Origin: Mesotaenium endlicherianum
Lineage: Eukaryota
Direction of reading: 5' to 3'
Length of the DNA stretch: 64,000 nt
Assembly (NCBI GenBank): GCA_009602735.1
Contig: WELA01000963.1
Coordinates: 186,025-250,024, forward strand
The notes under the pieces were generated by a model, which was given only the letters and a program-made list of their open reading frames with translations, ran no database searches and was not told the origin of the DNA. Both the position numbers and the translations under genes were made by a program. Of the stretch, positions 30,967 to 43,282 are shown piece by piece; positions within the stretch are counted from its first letter, which is position 1; every line of letters starts with the position of its first letter.

Positions 30967-32100
30967 ATGTGCCACGATTCAACCCCATCAAACATACTCT
31001 AACCGAAGTCCGCAATAAGCTGTAATAAGTGGTAATAAAGCCCTCTTTGGCCAGCCTTGGGCTCTCTTAAGCCAAAGGCCAAAGGCTAATGACGCCATTG
31101 CGATATTTCAGGTCATTTCAAATCAAGCAAAATCTATATAAATATGAAAAAATGCAGCGGTAAATCACATGAATGAGCATTGCATGCCAAATGGCGCAGA
31201 ATTGCGTCGTCGTGTACAGCGAAGCACACCGGAGAAACGAGCAGCAGCGATTGGCAGTTGCAAGCAGCAACACCTGCGAGCCTGCGACTATGTATCTATT
31301 TTCTGCGACCACTAGCTGACAAATGGCAAACAAACACCATGTTGGCATATAAGAAGGGGCTTCATTAAAACTCACTCCAATGATTGCAACTTAGGCGACA
31401 GAGTGGTGCATGTTACGACCCTGCTGAGCTACAAAGTTTGCTTTTAACTAATGTTACTACTTCACGGTAATCTGATTTCAGCTGCGAGAATCAATTACGG
31501 AAACCAGGAAACATGTCATATGTCAAAGTAATATGTTGTCTGCTTTTATGCTCTTCCATCTTGTGCTTGGAGGCTGCCAATCCCGCTGAGGTGAGTAGAA
31601 CAGCAGTGCGTTAGTAAATACAGTGCAATGTTGTGCTGCTTTTCGTCTGTAAGCTCGCAATCGACATTCCAAGCATGATATTTTCTTGTATATGTAGGTG
31701 TGTGAAAACCTGTCCCCGCTGCCTCATGGAATGCTTGCTGCCACGGCCCCGCCTTCTGTTGCAAGTCCGACTCCTTCTTTAGTTTGTGCTTACCTAGCAG
31801 CTAACCAGCTTGTAGCCTTCAATAATCAATAAATTATTCTCATACTTATAAATAATTAACTTAGGCATGAGGGTAAAAGCTTGCTTATTATTCATTGCAG
31901 CTCGAGCAATACCTATCGTATCATTTAGTGGCAGCAGTGGATATCCTGGACATCAGGTCTTATGATGTCTTTACTGTTGACCGTTTCCAAGATTGCAGCC
32001 TCATCTCACAACTCTTCATCCTTATGTTTGACAAGTACGTTACCCCTTGTTCGGTTGAAGTGCCTGAACAGCTTCTATGCCTGGTGTACAGGTTGCTGGG

Positions 32101-34067
32101 ATGATGGCAGAGAATGAGCAGGGATCCTGCGGATGGAACGTCGACGACAAATGTCCAGACGGTCAGTCTTTTGAGGGGGAATTTTTCCGAAACATCCCTG
32201 CCATTAAGTATGCTGTGAGTTTCCCTGGACCAAGCCTCTTCCATGTACTGTGTGTTGGTCTTTACGTCTTACAGTATGACTCAAAAAATAGAAAAGAACT
32301 ATCGGTCCCAGAGAAGTAATCGTTTGCAAGGACTATGTGCTTATGTTTCTTTCCGTCTTTGACATCAAGATTCCTTGATGCACGTTCTCCTGCGCTCCAG
32401 CTTTCACGTGTGCTCATCTTCCTCTGACATGGAGTTCTGCGGGAGCCAATGCTTGCAGGGGCCTGAGAGCCGTGAGCTCTACGCATACCGCTACTATAAT
32501 GCAGAGGAGAATATTATGGGCAAGCCCATGAAGGTATACTTTCTTTCCTCTCTCCTCCCCCTAAAGCTCCAACTACCAAGTGCGTGGCCGAAAAGCTTGC
32601 ATGGCCAGGGTAATGACCTCGGGTACTGTAACAACGTTGGAGATGTATTAATGGCAATCCGCAGCCAAGTCCTTGAGCACTCTTGCAAGCGTATGAATGC
32701 TGTTCACAGACTAAGTGGTGGTGGGTCCACGTCTTGACTTGGATAAATCGTGGACTTGTATTCTTTGAACCCTCTACATGTCTTTGCAATGTAGATTATT
32801 TGTGTAAGTTTTCATGTGCATTTATTTCGGCACGTCAAAGTAAAATAACATGCACCTACGCAGACGTACATGTCGTGTTCCATGGGTATATCATTGTTCA
32901 TGGATATGTCATGAATGTTTGTATGGTTACCTAAAATAGCACTAGAATATTTTTCAAAAAACCTGCATTGCTTATGTACGTCCCTGCGCATGCTGAGAAC
33001 CACCTGAGCCTCGCACTGCTGAGGCCTCGCTGCTCACAGGCAGGCGCCAACCTCTCATTACACATCACTCTGGCGCACTCTTGGAGTCTGCGGCTAAGGC
33101 AATCAGTCAGTTATCTCGTGCTTGTCCAGAATTGTGCGTCCCTGATGCTTTTCTTGACTACGTGATGCCTGGTCCATGGGGACGCGTTGGTGCTGCTGCT
33201 GGTGCCAGCGCCGGTGCCAGTGCCAGTGCCTGTTCCGGTGCCGGTGCTAGTGCCGGTCACGTTGCCGGCGCCGGTGGTCATCATGCCGAGGGTGGTTGTG
33301 CTGATGGTCATGATGGAGGCTCTGGGGCTGGGGCTGGTGCTGGTTCTCTTTTCTTTTTTCTTTTTTTTTGGGAGGGGGGGGGGGCAGGAGTGGCTCTCTC
33401 TAAGCGTGGCGTTTTGGCACACATTCCGCGGCGACGGGTCGGACCCATTCGGGTCGGCCACCAAGTCGTGGCCGTGGGACAAGAAGGGCGCCACGGAGCT
33501 CGAGGTCGCCAAGTCCCGCAGTCAGTCGCGCCCGCTCTCCCTTCCCAGCTCCTCCCACCCTCGCCACTCCAATCTATGACTGGACACACGCACCCACCTC
33601 CGCGCTGACTTGAGGCGCCTCTCGTGTCAAGGCTTGAAAATAAGCGCAGCAGTGGCCCCCCTCCTGCCACTGCTGGCTGGTGCCGTGCCGTGTGCTGCTG
33701 TGCCCTGCAGTGCTCTGCCTTGTGGCCGGCTATCCAAACATCGCCTCTCGTCTGCCAGTAGCTTTGTGCAGGAGGGCGGTATGCAGGAGCGCTAAGAGAG
33801 ACTGACGGGGACGTGGGCTCTGTGGGTCGGTGGTGGTGTTGGGGGTGGCACTGGCGCGGGGGGGCAGTGAGGGCCAACTTTGAGCTGCTGAAGAAGCTGG
33901 GCCTGGAGAGGTGGTGCTTCCATGACCGCGACATTGCTCCCGAGGGAAAGGACCTGAAGGTGTGTGTGTGCGCCCCCCTTGCGCTGCCTGCACGCATTCC
34001 TGGCCTCCAAAACACTTCGTACTTGCACATGCATATGCTCACAACTCTCTTATTATATTTATATATG

Positions 34068-34107
<40 letters not shown>

Positions 34108-37100
34108 TGCATGTTGCTTTCACAGAGCTCTTTTGCTTTGTATCTGTGTGGGTTTATGTTTCTTCACCTGGATGCATGTCCGCACATGCATGGGTGTTCA
34201 TAACGTCTTCACATCCGTGCATGTCCGAGTAGGTCTGGAGTCTTGTCTGTGTGGGTGCAAGTCGGTCTTCTGTGGCTGCTTCCAAGCCACGCAGTCGAAG
34301 GAGCGCTGACGAGTGGGAGGGTGTGGGGTGTGGGGTGTGGGGGGGTGGATATGCAGGAGTCCAATGCGAACCTGGACGAGATAGTGAAGCTGGCCAAGCA
34401 GCTGCAGGTTGGTGTGTGTGTGCCTGCGTGGGGGGGGTGCATGTCTGCCCGCAAGCTTATATGTTTTTTGAAAGCCTGCTGTGGGACATCTATATGCGCA
34501 AAGCCGTTTACTCACGACTCTAGGAATCAAAGACTTCGTACTGTTCTAAAAGGCACTCGCCTAAAACTGTGTGTGTGTGTGTGCACGCGCGTGTGTGTGT
34601 GCACAGCTGGGGACTACAATAAGGCCTCTGTGGGGCACAGCGCAACTGTTCAAGCACCCGCGCTACATGCATGGGGCTGCCACCAGGTGTGATTGCGGGG
34701 CCATCCTTCCTCATTCCTCTCTCATGCCTTCCATCGAAGCAAGTAGGAGCAGATGTTTCCAAGAGATGGTGCAGGCATATGCCAGCACACGCGTGCAGCA
34801 ATTTTTTGGTTCCTCTTTCGTGTGTGCGTGTGTGTGTGTGTGTATATGCCTCGTATACTTGAGCGGAAGTCGCTTGATTACCCCTGGTTGGTGCTAGTCG
34901 TGCTTTTCAAGGCGGAAGTATTTTGGGTGGAGGCGGGGCGCAGCCCAGACGCCGCTGTATTTGCGTATGCGGCGGCGCAGGTGAAGAAGGCCATGCAGGT
35001 AGGGGCCCGCTTCCTGCCGCCCGCCAGCCCGCGCTGTCCAGCCCAGCGCAGGCCTCATAAGCCCTGCATGCACCCTTGCTGGTTGCTGTGCCTCCAAAAC
35101 CCTACTTTTCCCTGAGAAATCAGCATTCGCATATGAGCATAGGTCACAGGCGCTTACTTGCCCCATTTATATTCTAATTATTGATAGGTTTTTGTTTCTT
35201 TTGGGGGGGGNNNNNNNNNNNNNNNNNNNNNNNNNNNNNNNNNNNNNNNNNNNNNNNNNNNNNNNNNNNGGGGGCGTCCCTCACACTGACGAGTGTGCAC
35301 ACTGATGCGGGCTGGGCTGGGCTGTTGGCGGGGGGGAGCAGGTGACGCACGAGCTGGGGGGCGACAGCTACGTGTTCTGGGGCGGCCGCGAGGGCTACCA
35401 GACGCTGCTCAACACCGACCTCAAGCAGGAGCTGGACCACATGGTGCGCGCTTCCGCCTCACTGCTTGTTGAAGCAAGTGCGCGCGTGCGTGTGTGTTTG
35501 TGTGTGCGCGCGTATGTGGGGGCCTGTGCCTGTGAGTGCGTGTGCCTGTGTGTGCCTGTGTGTGTGTGACTCACTGCGCGCATCTGATTGTGCATGCGCC
35601 GGCATGGGCGCCTGCGCGTGCTGGAGTGCATGTGCAATGCCAGTTGCGTGTGTTTGCACGCGCTAGCTGTCAGGGTCTCGCTCAGGCCGCATGGCTTGAG
35701 GGAGTGGTGCTGACATTGTGGCGTGCGGCGCCGCTACTGCTGCTGCTGGGGCGTTGGTGCGGCAGGCCATATTCCTCAAGATGGCGGTGCAGTGGAAGAA
35801 GAAGCTCGGATTTGCAGGTACCTTCCTTCACCTGCCTTCTCACCGCCATATGCGCTGCTAAAAAGCATATGGCTAGAAGACTGCACCAACCTGGTCCTGC
35901 CTGACAACTAGATTGTGACACGACCCACTCCCCCCCCCCCCCCCCCCNNNNNNNNNNNNNNNNNNNNNNNCCCCCCCCCCCCCCGGTGTGGTGGCGGACG
36001 TGCCCGCTCAAGACTTAGGTGTTTGTCGGGCTGATTGGTGACACGCACGTATGGGTGGGGGCCCACAGGGCAGCTGCTGCTGGAGCCTAAGCCGCAGGAG
36101 CCCACCAAGCACCAGTGAGTATGGCGTGCTCCCTCCCCTACTCTCTTCTGTTCCTCAGCTAGGCATACACACGTGGCATGCGCGATGCCGAAACTCCGCA
36201 CCATGTCGCATCCAGATTGCGTGAAGAGGCACAACCCCTGGTGCACTCTGCTCTGGTCTGATGTCGGCTCTTCTCTCACTTGTCGATGATATCCTTCTAC
36301 GGACCCCGCAGTAGTAGCAGCAGCAGCAGCAGCTGGGCAGAGGCTATAACAGCGCTGTTGCCATGTGACTTATTTGTGCATGGCTGGCTGCCTGGCTGAA
36401 AGCTGCTGCTGGTGCCATGGGATGGATTGGGGGGGGGGGCAGGTATGACTGGGATGTTGCCACCACCAGCGCCTTCCTTCAGCGCTACGGTCTCCAAGGT
36501 AGGAGGCCCACTGCTGCCCCTGCTGCTGCTGCTGCTGCATAATTCCTCACCTCTCTGGCGCGCCAACGACAGACACCAAGGAGGCGGGGGGGGGGGATGG
36601 GGGGGAGGAGAAGAAAGGGGGGAAGTTGGGGAGCTGAGGTTGGTCCGGAGTCAATTGCTGAGAAAGCAAAGCTGTGGCTGACTCTGCATGTGAGGATGGC
36701 GCTCTTGAGTGTGCAGACGAGTTTTCACTCAACATCGAATGCAACCACGCCACTCTGTCGGGCCACAGGTTGGCGGGCCCCTCCTTTCTCCCTCCGTTGA
36801 TTGCCCAGCCACCTACCCGCCTCTGCCGCCACGTCCCTTTGTGCCGGACAGACGCTCTCGCGAGAGGCTTTTGGTGTGTGGTGCCGTGTGTGGTGTTGTA
36901 TGTATCTGGTGCTGTGCTCTGTGTGTGCGATGTGCGTGGTGCCGTCCGAGGGTGTAGTTGCGCTTGTGGCCTTGATGCACACGCTGTTCGGTTGCCTTTT
37001 CGCTGCGGCATTTCAAAAGAGGCGGTGCATCTCTGCCCATCTCACCTCATCAGTGGATGGGGACCGGCGGACGTTGTGTGCAGCTGTCACCACGAGCTGG

Positions 37101-38953
37101 AGGCAGCGCGCATCACGGGCATGCTGGGCAGCATCGATGCCAACACCGGGGACCCCCAGACTGGTGCCCCCCTGACCCCGCCCATTTTCCCNGATGGATG
37201 AGCAGGCGGTCAACGTGATTGCTCTGTTGCAAGCGTGCGCACGTCCCTTTGCCGAGGTTTTGGTCAGCTTTCAAGGGAAGGAAAGAAGTAGATGGCTGCG
37301 TGCATTTGGTTGCTTAGATTGTCCGCATGGCGGGGTGGGCCGCCCGAGCACTCAGTCTTCTGGCTTTGTGCGCTGCTCCCCCTGGGGGTGCAGGATGGGA
37401 CACCGACGAGTTTCTGACGGATCCGGTGCAGGCGACACTTGTCGGGCTGGCCATCATCAAGAACGTGAGGACCTCTCTGACTCTCCGGTGCAACCCTATG
37501 CAGCTGTGCAAGTAATCACAGCGGGAGGAACTGCCGAGGCTGCATGTGCTGACTTGTTGCTGTTGCCGGTCTGTCTGAGCAGGGTGGCCTTGGGAAGGGA
37601 GGGATAAACTTCGACGCCAAGCTGTATGTGCTTCTCCTCCTTGGGCTGCTGCCTCTGGTCCCTTTGGGGCGTACATGCGTTTAAAAAGATGCATGATGTC
37701 TCTTCATTCCCCTCTTTAACCCAGAGAGGGGAGGAAAGGGGGGGGGGGGGCATTTAGGAGGTTGACAAATTTTTGCAGAGGGCTGATCATCTATTTGGCG
37801 CAGCTTCTTGACGCATTAGTGTGCGTGCCTGATGGAACATTCATACGAGAAGGTGGGTCTTGGCAGGAGGAGGGAGAGCATCGACGTGGAGGACCTAGTC
37901 ATTGCGCACATCTCAGCCATCGATGCCCTGGCGCGCGGCCTGCGCAATGCCGCCCGCCTCATCAAGGTGCCGCCCCCCTCTCTCTGCGACTCTAGGCTCT
38001 GCCGGCAGGCGCTTGTAGCTCCCAGGGTGCCGATCTGTTGTGTCGAAGAATCGGAAGGTTGTGGATGGCGCTGAAACCTCGTTGTGCATGCCTCAGCTAG
38101 TCCACTACTAGGTGACTGGTTGACTAACAGGGGGGCTTCTTATGTGGGTGGTGAAACTTTGCTGCCTGAGACTATGCTCCAAGCGCGGCCTGCACTTTTT
38201 GGAATAGAACACGCGGGGGCCTGCAGCCTGGTGACATGTGTGCGCTGTTGCTGAAGGGTTGCGCTGCATGCATGCTGGTTACTACTGTTGGCGGGAACGC
38301 AGGGCGGGGACTTGGAGAGGCTGGTGGAGAAGAGGTACAGCAGTTACTCGACAAGCTTCGGAGCTCAGATCCATGTATGGCCGTGACCGCCTCACCCCCT
38401 CTGACCTCGCCTCTCTCCCCTCCCCGCCTCTCTGTATCGCTGGTTCCCTGCCGCTGCAGTACATGTTGTATAGTGTTGCATAAGCGATAAGTCGCCAGCC
38501 AGCGTCAGTATGCGTTTGTTGCGTACTCCGTCTTTAGTTGTACGTGCTTGTACTTGACGAGCTTCTGTGTGTGGCGCTGCACGTTGTTCCGTCTTGCACG
38601 AAGTAATTTGTTTGTATGCTACCTACTTATTGGCTTGTGTTTGCTGACTGCAGGGTGCTCTTGTTGGCTTTGAGGAGCTCGAGGCTGCAGCTCTCAGGGC
38701 GGGAGAGCCAACTCTTGCATCTGCGAATCAGGTATGTGTGACACTGTGTAACGTCTGCGGATTTGTGACTACGTTCGTGCGAGTAGGTGCGGGCACGTTC
38801 TGTGAGTCAGGTGCTGTTTTGAAAATGAAAGAATCATCTGAGCAGCGTTCATGCTAGGTGACATATTTGTGCAAGACCATGTTCTTGACTTGTGCTGGGG
38901 GAGCTTGATGCTTTCAGGAATTGGCGGAGATGATCCTCAACCGTTATGTTTGA
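32101..38953 (+). CDS. XYLA: Xylose isomerase (class II, plant XYLA type), about 19 exons; start uncertain (ATG at 32101, or an upstream exon 31867-31956)
   Basis: Spliced peptide includes [133 protein letters not shown]. Last exon [11 protein letters not shown] has TGA at 38951-38953. Metal ligands appear intact. Confidence 0.96.
33188..33340. repeat. Degenerate hexamer repeat (GTGCCR/GCCGGT, then GCTGGG), xylose isomerase intron 2
   Basis: gcgccggtgccagtgccagtgcctgttccggtgccggtgctagtgccggt is directly visible. Confidence 0.8.
34076..34102. repeat. (TG)n microsatellite preceded by a (TA)-rich run, xylose isomerase intron
   Basis: Directly visible. Confidence 0.9.
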
Positions 38954-40096
38954 TAACAACAAGCAAGAATGTCAAGGGGGGAGATGTTGTATGCCAAAAA
39001 GCATGCAACCGCTGCCTACGTGCGAATTGTTAGAAGTGCAGGAGATGATTCATTCAGAAAATGCTCAATTTTGTATAATATTAGGTGTCAACTTTTCTAG
39101 CAATAAATTTGCCCTGCCCGCCACGGTTTTTACAATAAGTCACTATGCACGTCTCCTTGACTGATTTCATGTTGTCTACATTGTTAGCATCAGCCCATGT
39201 CTGACCAAGTTGGTCAGGTATTGTTACGAGTACATGTACATGTCAAATTTGCACATGCTTAGTCCAGGGAAACCGTACACTTGTGCCAAAAACTGCTACA
39301 CTTGTTGAACGCCGACGGCACTGAGCTGACTGATTTGACTTCAGGCAAGACTTAGTCACTTAGTTCTAGTGAACGTATGATCTGAATGTTACTCTGCCAG
39401 TCTCTTGAAGACTAGTAAATGCGTCTTTGTGCAAGGTTTCTGATAGTGCCCTGTTTCTTGATATTAAAGAAGTCAAGGCGACTAATTCATTTAGGCACTT
39501 GCCTCTCCACCTTTGTGTCCAGATATACAAAAATGCTTGTACTCTTAAAATTTTGAAATGATAATCAAAACTACGCCTACTTTCTAGTTTCCTGGTTTTG
39601 CACCTACTTCATCTGAACTCCCTATTCAGGTGCCATGATAGACCTGCAACTTTCTGTAGGATCTAAGCCGTTTTGGAGCCCACGCCTAGAAACTTGTTGC
39701 ATTTACTACTCTCTTCACATGGCTATCTAAGCACTACCAGAGGCGACTCAAAGCCGCGAAAGTCAGCGACCTTCAAATTGTTTTGCAGAACAGGTACGCT
39801 TGGATGCTCACCATCCGACGGAATTGTCTGCACCAGCGAAGGGATAATTAAGAATATTTAGAATGCTTGTCCTAGGCTGTCGGTTAAATAGACTGTAAAG
39901 TACGAGTAGTCTACTCAGCAATAACACCAACAGAATGCTTCTGTGTGTGAATAAGCCAAGAGATGTCTATCGAACGTTCAAATGTGCTCTCAAAGTGTTT
40001 GTCCGGGAGCAACAAGTGGGTAAGAACATGTCCGAATGAGGATAAGCAGGTGAACTGCTACAAATTTATAGATTGCATAGACAGGTCCATCAAGTC

Positions 40097-41629
40097 TTAG
40101 GAGTCATCCTGGGCATGGGCATGAAGGCGCAGTTTTAGTACCTGATGAGAGGGAACAAAGTGTAGCCCAATATTTGTGAATTTTGCTCCACAGTGTCCAT
40201 CGCCGCTTAATGCTGTACCGCCAACTTTGACCACCATGTTCCGCACACCCTGCAATAAAATGGAGTAGGCCGCCTCAGTAGTGCACTTCCGAATTAGGTG
40301 AAAGTATGTACTTTACGACCTCGAGGGCCTGTAGCAGGTGTGGGCCTGAATTGAGTCACTATTCACATTGAGAGCATGCGTATCGGATTCTATACTGCAG
40401 ACTCTGATCAGCCATAGTTCATATTTACTTCAGCTTAGCAAGAGCACATTTGACTATAGTATATGTCCCACCATCTACACAAGATAGAAAACGACCACCT
40501 CTGATCTCTGCTAGAGTATCAAAAGACCCACCTGGGGATAGTCTTTGATGAAGTTGATGGACTCCTTCCAGCCCGCTTTTCCTACTTGAAGTGCCTGAGA
40601 GTCCCTGAAAAATAAGACGTGGATATCATACAGAGAAAAGAATCAAAAGTAAGTTCGAGTAAAGAATGTTTCCTGTAAAAGCTGTCGATCTCTTACAGGG
40701 CCAAAGAATTGACACTTTGAAACAGTGTGCACAATAATACTAGAAAACCACTCTGCACACTTCTCAGCAATTTGCCAACCATGCGCTAGAACATGAGGAT
40801 TATCTTACCAGGCATGAAGGACCTGCTTTTTCTCGTTCCTTAGAAGAAGTTGCAGTCTGAAAACGCCGTCAGCTTCTTCTTGGCCAGTGTACCAGGCAGA
40901 GAGGCGCAATGGAGGACAGCTGTCAAGAAAGTCCCAGGTGTAACTATCCAGACTAATATGCTGCTGGAGAAGGGCCCACCCTACGGAGGAGGCAACTACT
41001 GCAGCCCCAGGAGGCGTGCGGAACGGAAGCTCGCTCATTGTGGACGGTGCAGCATAAGGTGCAGAAGCACCACAGGTACTCTGAGGCATCATTTCCCTCT
41101 TAAGGCCTTCACCTCCTCCTCTGCAAAAAACAGAGCCCCCTTCTGGAGCCCAATTTGAGAAGGAAGCAAAGTCATCCTCAGTGTCGCCCTCACTCCAGAG
41201 TCTGTCCAAGGAAAGCCTGTGTCTTGGCTCCCAGGATACGGGGGCCCGTTCCTTTCTGTAGTCAGCCTCAAAAGGGTCTATTCTCTCAAAGAATGGAGAG
41301 GCAATAAGATTTGTGCAGAATATAGCACTGAAGAGGCCTCTCCATCCGCCTAAGCAGGTGAGAGCATCTGCAGCGCGCAGCTGGTAACCGTTGCAATACT
41401 GCTGCCAGAGATGCTCCTCGCTACATACTTGCCTCCACTGCGTGTTGACAAGAGCACAATTGCGAGAGACATCTTCTGGTGACAGATATTCCAAGACTTG
41501 AAGAAGAAGAGAATCAGGTAGATTCTGGAAATAGTCGCATTTGGCGATCTGCGCCCGAGGCACGACTGAGGATGCCTTCGAAGAGAGAGGACTTTCACAA
41601 CAAACAAGGGACCTCACAAAAGGCGGCAT
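40097..41629 (-). CDS. F-box protein with C-terminal FBA (Fbs/FBXO2-FBXO6-like sugar-binding fold) domain; 3' end uncertain
   Basis: Exons 40809-41629, 40532-40604, 40097-40249. F-box: LPDSLLLQVLEYLSPEDVSRNCALVNTQWRQVCSEEHLW. C-terminus FLDSCPPLRLSAWYTG...FRLQLLL...GWKESINFIKDYPQGVRNMVVKVGG...HCGAKFTN aligns by eye with mammalian FBXO2 (LLDTTQPAIVVKDWYSG...GWMEISHTFTDYGPGVRFVRFEHGG...WFGARVTN). Confidence 0.85.
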
Positions 41630-43282
41630 TGTGTCCGAGAGGTGCTAAGTACACCTGCTACTAGTTCTTCTTCGGGAGCCCTCTAGAGCTGGAAGGGCTA
41701 GGAAAGACAAAACGGTATTTATGACGATTTAGTATACTACTCATGCGGACTCCTCAAGTGCATACTTTGCACCTCAGTCCACATTACCAAATTTCGGAAC
41801 TAATGCACCCGCTGAAAGGAAAAGGCTATTCACTTGGGCATGACGAGTAAAGATGGATACATAAGCCGAAGCATTGGCTTTGTAGGAGCAGGGTGCGAGT
41901 TCAACACTGCTGCGCCAGGACGAGAACACATGGCGCTAGTCTGCATGTATTAAAATGGTTCGAAAGTTAGATCAAAACTTTCATAATTCAAGGAGCAAAT
42001 CTTTCAAATTTGAAAAGGGGCCCGCGCAGAGGTGGCAGGCGAAACGACGCTTCATGAGCTCGCGAACCAAATGTGCGTTGCATTCACCTAAATTTTAAAA
42101 TTCAAATTTGAGATCGAACGCTGGAGTCTGCGGACAAGATCACATAATGAGGCGGGTCGGGGACATGCCATTGACGATTGTAGACCCGGCATCACCCGGC
42201 ATGCCCTGAGGCGCTCAAGGTGCTGAAAGTCACTGAAAGTGGCTGAAATTTGAAGTGCCCAAGATGTTTTTAAATATTGCTTGAGGCTTGCCCTGTGGTA
42301 CCATGTGATGCCGTCTGCGATTAGTAATCTTGTTTTTAGGTCACCGGTCAGCTCAGGTCCGCTCTTATGACTTCTCCAAAGAATGTCAAAGTCAGTCAAA
42401 CTTGAAGATTGGAACCTTCTGTGAAGTTTAAAGTTGCTGTGTCAACCAAGTCAACCTTCAAGTGTTCTTGCATGTCAACAGCATCGTACGCGAGTCATCA
42501 GAGGTTTGAAGTGGTTGCACGAAACATTTTACCTAACCAATCTTCCATCGCAAATTTGATAGTGTGCAGATAACAGCCGATGAGCCATGTACAAGCATAT
42601 TCCAAGTATAAATAGACCGCAACGATAGACAAAACTTTCTTAATACACGTACTGGCATTTTGGGAGAAAACTGGAGGAAAATGGCCGGAAGGCCCAAGAT
42701 TAATGCCCCAGGAATACATACAGTAATTAAGACCCAAGAAGACCAAGTTTTGGTAATTTAGTGCTAGGCGCACCTTCGGCACGAGTCTGCTGCGCGTTGG
42801 CACCTCTTGAAAAGCCGAAAAGAGTCGTAATTAGTTGGTCTGTCGGTGATGAGGCGTCGCTGTCGATCTGAAAGCACGATCGGGATATTGAGGTTCAAAC
42901 CCATTCAAACCTATGAAGGTGAGCTACAATCATAACTTTCATGGCCAATGCTCACTGTGCAGTCGATTCGTTCTCGAGGAAGGTAGAGACGCAATACATA
43001 TCCCGTTGCTGAGGGCTCATGTAAAATGGAGTTCTTTGGGATCGCTTCATTCCCAAATTAGAGACGTATTGTTGGCACTTATTGCATGCGCACCTTAAGA
43101 TCATATTCCTGTCACGCCCTACTGGTGGAAGCTGTAGGCTGCTCAAATATTTAGATCTTGCAGGCGTGTAGTGATTAAGCAACATGCCCACTTATCTCGG
43201 AAAATGCTGACTTAAAGTTGTCGAGCACCGTGTAAGCAGACTATCTTGAGCCCCATTTCCGGATTAATACTTGAAAGGAAAG

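Noticed and set aside
36289..36298. ATATCCTTCT, a U12 AT-AC donor-like sequence
   Set aside because: It lies mid-intron in xylose isomerase; the flanking exons already join in phase through GT-AG sites.
42822..42905. tRNA/SINE-like A box (TAATTAGTTGG) and B box (GGTTCAAACCC)
   Set aside because: No cloverleaf stems can be formed and the A box is a poor match.
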